Origin: Auanema rhodensis
Lineage: Eukaryota; Animalia; Nematoda
Length of the DNA: 64,000 bases
Assembly (NCBI GenBank): GCA_964057225.1
Contig: CAXKVF010000100.1
Span: forward strand, 1-64,000
Reading direction: 5' to 3'
A program made the position numbers and the translations under genes. Position 1 is the first letter of the stretch. Each line of letters starts with the position of its first letter. The notes below the pieces were generated by a model, which did not search any database, had not been told where the DNA came from, and saw nothing but the letters and a program-made list of their open reading frames with translations. This document shows, one piece after another, positions 41,502-53,297 of the stretch.

Positions 41502-44500
41502 GGACATGGGGAATCTAATTTTGAAAACCGCATCTCTTTATCTTTTACGTGAAGCGAGTTACATACCAAGTGCACATCACGTGTACATTTAATTAGCATA
41601 AATTAAAGTTCACGTAAATTTCAAAGTCATGGTTACCATGAACCAATATCAATAAAAATTTGTTTTTAGACTAATATGGACATGGGGAATCTAATTTTGA
41701 AAACCGCATCTCTTTATCTTTTACGTGAAGCGAGTTACATACCAAGTGCACATCACGTGTACATTTAATTAGCATAAATTAAAGTTCACGTAAAATTCAA
41801 AGTCATGGTTACCATGCACCAATATCAATAAAAATTTGTTTTTAGACTAATATGGACATGGGGAATCTAATTTTGAAAACCGCATCTCTTTATCTTTTAC
41901 GTGAAGCGAGTTACATACCAAGTGCACATCACGTGTACATTTAATTAGCATAAATTAAAGTTCATGTAAATTTCAAAGTCATGGTTACCATGAAGCAATA
42001 TCAATAAAAATTTGTTTTTAGACTAATATGGACATGGGGAATCTAATTTTGGAAACCGCATCTCTTTATCTTTCACGTGAAGCGAGTTACATACCAAGTG
42101 CACATCACGTGTACATTTAATTAGCATAAATTAAAGTTCACGTAAATTTCAAAGTCATGGTTACCATGAACCAATATCAATAAAAATTTGTTTTTAGACT
42201 AATATGGACATGGGGAATCTAATTTTGAAAACCGCATCTCTTTATCTCTCACGTGAAGCGAGTTACATACCAAGTGCACATCACGTGTACATTTAATTAG
42301 CATAAATTAAAGTTCACGTAAATTTCAAAGTCATGGTTACCATGCACCAATATCAATAAAAATTTGTTTTTAGACTAATATGGACATGGGGAATCTAATT
42401 TTGAAAACCGCATCTCTTTATCTTTTACGTGAAGCGAGTTACATACCAAGTGCACATCACGTGTACATTTAATTAGCATAAATTAAAGTTCATGTAAATT
42501 TCAAAGTCATGGTTACCATGAAGCAATATCAATAAAAATTTGTTTTTAGACTAATATGGACATGGGGAATCTAATTTTGGAAACCGCATCTCTTTATCTT
42601 TCACGTGAAGCGAGTTACATACCAAGTGCACATCACGTGTACATTTAATTAGCATAAATTAAAGTTCACGTAAATTTCAAAGTCATGGTTACCATGAACC
42701 AATATCAATAAAAATTTGTTTTTAGACTAATATGGACATGGGGAATCTAATTTTGAAAACCGCATCTCTTTATCTCTCACGTGAAGCGAGTTACATACCA
42801 AGTGCACATCACGTGTACATTTAATTAGCATAAATTAAAGTTCACGTAAATTTCAAAGTCATGGTTACCATGAACCAATATCAATAAAAATTTGTTTTTA
42901 GACTAATATGGACATGGGGAATCTAATTTTGAAAACCGCATCTCTTTATCTTTCACGTAAAGCGAGTTACATACCAAGTGCACATCACGTGTACATTTAA
43001 TTAGCATAAATTAAAGTTCACGTAAATTTCAAAGTCATGGTTACCATGCACCAATATCAATAAAAATCTGTTTTTAGACTAATATTGACATGGGGAATCT
43101 AATTTTGAGAACCGCATCTCTTTATCTTTCACGTGAAGCGAGTTACATACCAAGTGCACATCACGTGTACATTTAATTAGCATAAATTAAAGTTCACGTA
43201 AATTTCAAAGTCATGGTTACCATGAACCAATATCAATAAAAATTTGTTTTTAGACTAATATGGACATGGGGAATCTAATTTTGAAAACCGCATCTCTTTA
43301 TCTTTTACGTGAAGCGAGTTACATACCAAGTGCACATCACGTGTACATTTAATTAGCATAAATTAAAGTTCACGTAAAATTCAAAGTCATGGTTACCATG
43401 CACCAATATCAATAAAAATTTGTTTTTAGACTAATATGGACATGGGGAATCTAATTTTGAAAACCGCATCTCTTTATCTTTTACGTGAAGCGAGTTACAT
43501 ACCAAGTGCACATCACGTGTACATTTAATTAGCATAAATTAAAGTTCACGTAAATTTCAAAGTCATGGTTACCATGAACCAATATCAATAAAAATTTGTT
43601 TTTAGACTAATATGGACATGGGGAATCTAATTTTGAAAACCGCATCTCTTTATCTTTCACGTGAAGCGAGTTACATACCAAGTGCACATCACGTGTACAT
43701 TTAATTAGCATAAATTAAAGTTCACGTAAATTTCAAAGTCATGGTTACCATGAACCAATATCAATAAAAATTGGTTTTTAGACTAATATGGACATGGGGA
43801 ATCTAATTTTGAAAACCGCATCTCTTTATCTTTCACGTGAAGCGAGTTACATACCAAGTGCACATCACGTGTACATTTAATTAGCATAAATTAAAGTTCA
43901 CGTAAATTTCAAAGTCATGTTTACCATGAACCAATATCAATAAAAATTTGTTTTTAGACTAATATGGACATGGGGAATCTAATTTTGAAAACCGCATCTC
44001 TTTATCTTTCACGTGAAGCGAGTTACATACCAAGTGCACATCACGTGTACATTTAATTAGCATAAATTAAAGTTCACGTAAATTTCAAAGTCATGGTTAC
44101 CATGAACCAATATCAATAAAAATTTGTTTTTAGACTAATATGGACATGGGGAATATAATTTTGAAAACCGCATCTCTTTATCTTTCACGTGAAGCGAGTT
44201 ACATACCAAGAGCACATCACGTGTACATTTAATTAGCATAAATTAAAGTTCACGTAAATTTCAAAGTCATGGTTACCATGAACCAATATCAATAAAAATT
44301 TGTTTTTAGACTAATATGGACATGGGGAATCTAATTTTGAAAACCGCATCTCTTTATCTTTCACGTGAAGCGAGTTACATACCAAGTGCACATCACGTGT
44401 ACATTTAATTAGCATAAATTAAAGTTCACGTAAAATTCAAAGTCATGGTTACCATGCACCAATATCAATAAAAATTTGTTTTTAGACTAATATGGACATG

Positions 44501-47000
44501 GGGAATCTAATTTTGAAAACCGCATCTCTTTATCTTTCACGTGAAGCGAGTTACATACCAAGTGCACATCACGTGTACATTTAATTTTCATAAATTAAAG
44601 TTCACGTAAATTTCAAAGTCATGGTTACCATGCACCAATATCAATAAAAATTGGTTTTTAGACTAATATGGACATGGGGAATCTAATTTTGGAAACCGCA
44701 TCTCTTTATCTTTCACGTGAAGCGAGTTACATACCAAGTGCACATCACGTGTACATTTAATTAGCATAAATCAAAGTTCACGTAAATTTCAAAGTCATGG
44801 TTACCATGAACCAATATCAATAAAAATTTGTTTTTAGACTAATATGGACATGGGGAATCTAATTTTGAAAACCGCATCTCTTTATCTTTCACGTGAAGCG
44901 AGTTACATACCAAGTGCACATCACGTGTACATTTAATTAGCATAAATTAAAGTTCACGTAAATTTCAAAGTCATGGTTACCATGAACCAATATCAATAAA
45001 AATTTGTTTTTAGACTAATATGGACATGGGGAATCTAATTTTGAAAACCGCATCTCTTTATCTTTCACGTAAAGCGAGTTACATACCAAGTGCACATCAC
45101 GTGTACATTTAATTAGCATAAACTAAAGTTCACGTAAATTTCAAAGTCATGGTTACCATGAACCAATATCAATAAAAATTTGTTTTTAGACTAATATGGA
45201 CATGGGGAATCTAATTTTGAAAACCGCATCTCTTTATCTTTCACGTGAAGCGAGTTACATACCATGTGCACATCACGTGTACATTTAATTAGCATAAATT
45301 AAAGTTCACGTAAATTTCAAAGTCATGGTTACCATGAACCAATATCAATAAAAATTTGTTTTTAGACTAATATGGACATGGGGAATCTAATTTTGAAAAC
45401 CGCATCTCTTTATCTTTCACGTGAAGCGAGTTACATACCAAGTGCACATCACGTGTACATTTAATTAGCATAAATTAAAGTTCACGTAAATTTCAAAGTC
45501 ATGGTTACCATGCACCAATATTAATAAAAATTTGTTTTTAGACTAATATGGACATGGGGAATCTAATTTTGAAAACCGCATCTCTTTATCTTTTACGTGA
45601 AGCGAGTTACATACCAAGTGCACATCACGTGTACATTTAATTAGCATAAATTAAAGTTCACGTAAATTTCAAAGTCATGGTTACCATGAACCAATATCAA
45701 TAAAAATTTGTTTTTAGACTAATATGGACATGGGGAATCTAATTTTGAAAACCGCATCTCTTTATCTTTTACGTGAAGCGAGTTACATACCAAGTGCACA
45801 TCACGTGTACATTTAATTAGCATAAATTAAAGTTCACGTAAATTTCAAAGTCATGGTTACCATGCACCAATATCAATAAAAATTTGTTTTTAGACTAATA
45901 GGGACATGGGGAATCTAATTTTGAAAACCGCATCTCTTTATCTTTTACGTGAAGCGAGTTACATACCAAGTGCACATCACGTGTACATTTAATTAGCATA
46001 AATTAAAGTTCACGTAAAATTCAAAGTCATGGTTACCATGCACCAATATCAATAAAAATTTGTTTTTAGACTAATATGGACATGGGGAATCTAATTTTGA
46101 AAACCGCATCTCTTTATCTTTTACGTGAAGCGAGTTACATACCAAGTGCACATCACGTGTACATTTAATTAGCATAAATTAAAGTTCACGTAAATTTCAA
46201 AGTCATGGTTACCATGAACCAATATCAATAAAAATTTGTTTTTAGACTAATATGGACATGGGGAATCTAATTTTGAAAACCGCATCTCTTTATCTTTCAC
46301 GTGAAGCGAGTTACATACCAAGTGCACATCACGTGTACATTTAATTAGCATAAATTAAAGTTCACGTAAATTTCAAAGTCATGGTTACCATGAACCAATA
46401 TCAATAAAAATTTGTTTTTAGACTAATATGGACATGGGGAATCTAATTTTGAAAACCGCATCTCTTTATCTTTCACGTAAAGCGAGTTACATACCAAGTG
46501 CACATCACGTGTACATTTAATTAGCATAAATTAAAGTTCACGTAAATTTCAAAGTCATGGTTACCATGCACCAATATCAATAAAAATTTGTTTTTAGACT
46601 AATATGGACATGGGGAATCTAATTTTGAAAACCGCATCTCTTTATCTTTCACGTGAAGCGAGTTACATACCAAGTGCACATCACGTGTACATTTAATTAG
46701 CATGAACTAAAGTTCACGTAAATTTCAAAGTCATGGTTACCATGCACCAATATCAATAAAAATTTGTTTTTTGACTAATATGGACATGCGAAATCTATTT
46801 TAGAAAACCGCATCTCTTTATCTTTCACGTGAAGCGAGTTACATACCAAGTGCACATCACGTGTACATTTAATTAGCATAAATTAAAGTTCACGTAAAAT
46901 TCAAAGTCATGGTTACCATGAACCAATATCAATAAAAATTTGTTTTTAGACTAATATGGACATGGGGAATCTAATTTTGAAAACCGCATCTCTTTATCTT

Positions 47001-47043
47001 TCACGTGAAGTGTACACGTGATGTGCACTTGGTATGTAACTCG
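47001..47043. other. Orientation-switch (inversion) junction of the satellite array
   Basis: ...TTTCACGTGAAG|TGTACACGTGATG... The forward monomer stops at pos. 53 (47010) and the reverse monomer starts at pos. 86 (47011). There are no inserted bases. Confidence 0.97.
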
Positions 47044-47448
47044 CTTCACGTAAAAGATAAAGAGATGCGGTTTTCAAAATTAGATTCCCCATGTCCATAT
47101 TAGTCTAAAAACAAATTTTTATTGATATTGGTTCATGGTAACCATGACTTTGAAATTTACGTGAACTTTAATTTATGCTAATTAAATGTACACGTGATGT
47201 GCACTTGGTATGTAACTCGCTTCACGTGAAAGATAAAGAGATGCGGTTTCCAAAATTAGATTCCCCATGTCCATATTAGTCTAAAAACAAATTTTTATTG
47301 ATATTGGTGCATGGTAACCATGACTTTGAAATTTACGTGAACTTTAATTTATGCTAATTAAATGTACACGTGATGTGCACTTGGTATGTAACTCGCTTCA
47401 CGTAAAAGATAAAGAGATGCGGTTTTCAAAATTAGATTCCCCATGTCC

Positions 47449-47669
47449 ATATTAGTCTAAAAACAAATTTTTATTGATATTGCTTCATGGTAACCATGAC
47501 TTTGAAATTTACGTGAACTTTAATTTATGCTATGGTAACCATGACTTTGAAATTTACGTGAACTTTAATTTATGCTAATTAAATGTACACGTGATGTGCA
47601 CTTGGTATGTAACTCGCTTCACGTGAAAGATAAAGAGATGCGGTTTTCAAAATTAGATTCCCCATGTCC
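47449..47669 (-). repeat. 221-bp variant monomer (45-bp duplication), inverted arm
   Basis: Reverse-complement junction TTTATGCT|ATGGTAACC near 47531. Spacing is 221 bp. Confidence 0.95.
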
Positions 47670-49077
47670 ATATTAGTCTAAAAACAAATTTTTATTGATA
47701 TTGCTTCATGGTAACCATGACTTTGAAATTTACATGAACTTTAATTTATGCTAATTAAATGTACACGTGATGTGCACTTGGTATGTAACTCGCTTCACGT
47801 GAAAGATAAAGAGATGCGGTTTTCAAAATTAGATTCCCCATGTCCATATTAGTCTAAAAACAAATTTTTATTGATATTGGTTCATGGTAACCATGACTTT
47901 GAAATTTACGTGAACTTTAATTTATGCTAATTAAATGTACACGTGATGTGCACTTGGTATGTAACTCGCTTCACGTGAAAGATAAAGAGATGCGGTTTCC
48001 AAAATTAGATTCCCCATGTCCATATTAGTCTAAAAACAAATTTTTATTGATATTGGTGCATGGTAACCATGACTTTGAAATTTACGTGAACTTTAATTTA
48101 TGCTAATTAAATGTACACGTGATGTGCACTTGGTATGTAACTCGCTTCACGTAAAAGATAAAGAGATGCGGTTTTCAAAATTAGATTCCCCATGTCCATA
48201 TTAGTCTAAAAACAAATTTTTATTGATATTGGTGCATGGTAACCATGACTTTGAATTTTACGTGAACTTTAATTTATGCTAATTAAATGTACACGTGATG
48301 TGCACTTGGTATGTAACTCGCTTCACGTAAAAGATAAAGAGATGCGGTTTTCAAAATTAGATTCCCCATGTCCATATTAGTCTAAAAACAAATTTTTATT
48401 GATATTGGTTCATGGTAACCATGACTTTGAAATTTACGTGAACTTTAATTTATGCTAATTAAATGTACACGTGATGTGCACTTGGTATGTAACTCGCTTT
48501 ACGTGAAAGATAAAGAGATGCGGTTTTCAAAATTAGATTCCCCATGTCCATATTAGTCTAAAAACAAATTTTTATTGATATTGGTTCATGGTAACCATGA
48601 CTTTGAAATTTACGTGAACTTTAATTTATGCTAATTAAATGTACACGTGATGTGCACTTGGTATGTAACTCGCTTCACGTGAAAGATAAAGAGATGCGGT
48701 TTTCAAAATTAGATTCCCCATGTCCATATTAGTCTAAAAACAAATTTTTATTGATATTGGTTCATGGTAACCATGACTTTGAAATTTACGTGAACTTTAA
48801 TTTATGCTAATTAAATGTACACGTGATGTGCACTTGGTATGTAACTCGCTTCACGTAAAAGATAAAGAGATGCGGTTTTCAAAATTAGATTCCCCATGTC
48901 CATATTAGTCTAAAAACAAATTTTTATTGATATTGGTGCATGGTAACCATGACTTTGAATTTTACGTGAACTTTAATTTATGCTAATTAAATGTACACGT
49001 GATGTGCACTTGGTATGTAACTCGCTTCACGTAAAAGATAAAGAGATGCGGTTTTCAAAATTAGATTCCCCATGTCC

Positions 49078-49298
49078 CTATTAGTCTAAAAACAAATTTT
49101 TATTGATATTGGTGCATGGTAACCATGACTTTGAAATTTACGTGAACTTTAATTTATGCTATGGTAACCATGACTTTGAAATTTACGTGAACTTTAATTT
49201 ATGCTAATTAAATGTACACGTGATGTGCACTTGGTATGTAACTCGCTTCACGTGAAAGATAAAGAGATGCGGTTTTCAAAATTAGATTCCCCATGTCC
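49078..49298 (-). repeat. 221-bp variant monomer (45-bp duplication), inverted arm
   Basis: Junction TTTATGCT|ATGGTAACC near 49160. Spacing is 221 bp. Confidence 0.95.
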
Positions 49299-49474
49299 AT
49301 ATTAGTCTAAAAACAAATTTTTATTGATATTGCTTCATGGTAACCATGACTTTGAATTTTACGTGAACTTTAATTTATGCTAATTAAATGTACACGTGAT
49401 GTGCACTTGGTATGTAACTCGCTTCACGTAAAAGATAAAGAGATGCGGTTTTCAAAATTAGATTCCCCATGTCC

Positions 49475-49695
49475 CTATTAGTCTAAAAACAAATTTTTAT
49501 TGATATTGCTTCATGGTAACCATGACTTTGAAATTTACGTGAACTTTAATTTATGCTATGGTAACCATGACTTTGAAATTTACGTGAACTTTAATTTATG
49601 CTAATTAAATGTACACGTGATGTGCACTTGGTATGTAACTCGCTTCACGTGAAAGATAAAGAGATGCGGTTTTCAAAATTAGATTCCCCATGTCC
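49475..49695 (-). repeat. 221-bp variant monomer (45-bp duplication), inverted arm
   Basis: Junction TTTATGCT|ATGGTAACC near 49557. Spacing is 221 bp. Confidence 0.95.
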
Positions 49696-52600
49696 ATATT
49701 AGTCTAAAAACAAATTTTTATTGATATTGCTTCATGGTAACCATGACTTTGAAATTTACATGAACTTTAATTTATGCTAATTAAATGTACATGTGATGTG
49801 CACTTGGTATGTAACTCGCTTCACGTGAAAGATAAAGAGATGCGGTTTTCAAAATTAGATTCCCCATGTCCATATTAGTCTAAAAACAAATTTTTATTGA
49901 TATTGGTTCATGGTAAACATGACTTTGAAATTTACGTGAACTTTAATTTATGCTAATTAAATGTACACGTGATGTGCACTTGGTATGTAACTCGCTTCAC
50001 GTGAAAGATAAAGAGATGCGGTTTTCAAAATTAGATTCAGCATGTCCATATTAGTCTAAAAACAAATTTTTATTGATATTGCTTCATGGTAACCATGACT
50101 TTGAAATTTACGTGAACTTTAATTTATGCTAATTAAATGTACACGTGATGTGCACTTGGTATGTAACTCGCTTCACGTGAAAGATAAAGAGATGCGGTTT
50201 TCAAAATTAGATTCCCCATGTCCATATTAGTCTAAAAACAAATTTTTATCGATATTGGTTCATGGTAACCATGACTTTGAAATTTACGTGAACTTTAGTT
50301 CATGCTAATTAAATGTACACGTGATGTGCACTTGGTATGTAACTCGCTTCACGTGAAAGATAAAGAGATGCGGTTTTCTAAAATAGATTTCGCATGTCCA
50401 TATTAGTCAAAAAACAAATTTTTATTGATATTGGTGCATGGTAACCATGACTTTGAAATTTACGTGAACTTTAATTTATGCTAATTAAATGTACACGTGA
50501 TGTGCACTTGGTATGTAACTCGCTTCACGTAAAAGATAAAGAGATGCGGTTTTCAAAATTAGATTCCCCATGTCCATATTAGTCTAAAAACAAATTTTTA
50601 TTGATATTGGTTCATGGTAACCATGACTTTGAAATTTACGTGAACTTTAATTTATGCTAATTAAATGTACACGTGATGTGCACTTGGTATGTAACTCGCT
50701 TCACGTGAAAGATAAAGAGATGCGGTTTTCAAAATTAGATTCCCCATGTCCATATTAGTCTAAAAACAAATTTTTATTGATATTGCTTCATGGTAACCAT
50801 GACTTTGAAATTTACGTGAACTTTAATTTATGCTAATTAAATGTACACGTGATGTGCACTTGGTATGTAACTCGCTTCACGTGAAAGATAAAGAGATGCG
50901 GTTTTCAAAATTAGATTCCCCATGTCCATATTAGTCTAAAAACAAATTTTTATTGATATTGGTGCATGGTAACCATGACTTTGAAATTTACGTGAACTTT
51001 AATTTATGCTAATTAAATGTACACGTGATGTGCACTTGGTATGTAACTCGCTTCACGTGAAAGATAAAGAGATGCGGTTTTCAAAATTAGATTCCCCATG
51101 TTCATATTAGTCTAAAAACAAATTTTTATTGATATTGCTTCATGGTAACCATGACTTTGAAATTTACGTGAACTTTAATTTATGCTAATTAAATGTACAC
51201 GTGATGTGCACTTGGTATGTAACTCGCTTCACGTGAAAGATAAAGAGATGCGGTTTTCAAAATTAGATTCCCCATGTCCATATTAGTCTAAAAACAAATT
51301 TTTATTGATATTGGTTCATGGTAACCATGACTTTGAAATTTACGTGAACTTTAATTTATGCTAATTAAATGTACACGTGATGTGCACTTGGTATGTAACT
51401 CGCTTCACGTGAAAGATAAAGAGATGCGGTTTTCAAAATTAGATTCCCCATGTCCATATTAGTCTAAAAACAAATTTTTATTGATATTGGTTCATGGTAA
51501 CCATGACTTTGAAATTTACGTGAACTTTAATTTATGCTAATTAAATGTACACGTGATGTGCACTTGGTATGTAACTCGCTTCACGTAAAAGATAAAGAGA
51601 TGCGGTTTTCAAAATTAGATTCCCCATGTCCATATTAGTCTAAAAACAAATTTTTATTGATATTGGTGCATGGTAACCATGACTTTGAAATTTACGTGAA
51701 CTTTAATTTATGCTAATTAAATGTACACGTGATGTGCACTTGGTATGTAACTCGCTTCACGTGAAAGATAAAGAGATGCGGTTTTCAAAATTAGATTCCC
51801 CATGTCCATATTAGTCTAAAAACAAATTTTTATTGATATTGGTTCATATTAACCATGACTTTGAAATTTACGTGAACTTTAATTTATGCTAATTAAATGT
51901 ACACGTGATGTGCACTTGGTATGTAACTCGCTTCACGTGAAAGATAAAGAGATGCGGTTTTCAAAATTAGATTCCCCATGTTCATATTAGTCTAAAAACA
52001 AATTTTTATTGATATTGCTTCATGGTAACCATGACTTTGAAATTTACGTGAACTTTAATTTATGCTAATTAAATGTACACGTGATGTGCTCTTGGTATGT
52101 AACTCGCTTCACGTGAAAGATAAAGAGATGCGGTTTTCAAAATTAGATTCCCCATGTCCATATTAGTCTAAAAACAAATTTTTATTGATATTGGTTCATG
52201 GTAACCATGACTTTGAAATTTACGTGAACTTTAATTTATGCTAATTAAATGTACACGTGATGTGCACTTGGTATGTAACTCGCTTCACGTGAAAGATAAA
52301 GAGATGCGGTTTTCAAAATTAGATTCCCCATGTCCATATTAGTCTAAAAACAAATTTTTATTGATATTGGTTCATGGTAACCATGACTTTGAAATTTACG
52401 TGAACTTTAATTTATGCTAATTAAATGTACACGTGATGTGCACTTGGTATGTAACTCGCTTCACGTGAAAGATAAAGAGATGCGGTTTTCAAAATTAGAT
52501 TCCCCATGTCCATATTAGTCTAAAAACAAATTTTTATTAATATTGGTGCATGGTAACCATGACTTTGAAATTTACGTGAACTTTAATTTATGCTAATTAA

Positions 52601-53297
52601 ATGTACACGTGATGTGCACTTGGTATGTAACTCGCTTCACGTGAAAGATAAAGAGATGCGGTTTTCAAAATTAGATTCCCCATGTCCATATTAGTCTAAA
52701 AACAAATTTTTATTGATATTGCTTCATGGTAACCATGACTTTGAAATTTACGTGAACTTTAATTTATGCTAATTAAATGTACACGTGATGTGCACTTGGT
52801 ATGTAACTCGCTTCACGTGAAAGATAAAGAGATGCGGTTTTCAAAATTAGATTCCCCATGTCCATATTAGTCTAAAAACAAATTTTTATTGATATTGCTT
52901 CATGGTAACCATGACTTTGAAATTTACGTGAACTTTAATTTATGCTAATTAAATGTACACGTGATGTGCACTTGGTATGTAACTCGCTTCACGTGAAAGA
53001 TAAAGAGATGCGGTTTTCAAAATTAGATTCCCCATGTCCATATTAGTCTAAAAACAAATTTTTATTGATATTGGTTCATGGTAACCATGACTTTGAAATT
53101 TACGTGAACTTTAATTTATGCTAATTAAATGTACACGTGATGTGCACTTGGTATGTAACTCGCTTCACGTGAAAGATAAAGAGATGCGGTTTTCAAAATT
53201 AGATTCCCCATGTCCATATTAGTCTAAAAACAAATTTTTATTGATATTGGTTCATGGTAACCATGACTTTGAAATTTACGTGAACTTTAATTTATGC

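Larger units (their letters stand above)
1..47010 (+). repeat. 176-bp tandem satellite array, forward arm (266 complete monomers plus a 53-bp partial)
   Basis: GGACATGGGG recurs at 1, 177, 353 and so on. Phase was checked at 13190, 27446, 29927, 38375, 41281 and 46958. Most monomers differ from the consensus by 0-3 substitutions. The consensus has 56/176 G+C. Confidence 0.99.

Noticed and set aside
47011-47043. Transposon footprint or terminal inverted repeats at the junction
   Set aside because: Every base derives from the satellite consensus. There is no foreign sequence or target-site duplication.
46780-47300. Junction as a read fold-back or chimera artefact
   Set aside because: A fold-back would give an exact mirror. 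The first inverted monomer has C45T and lacks the divergent patch at 46704-46802, and shared blocks are out of register. A misjoin is still possible and needs read support to exclude.
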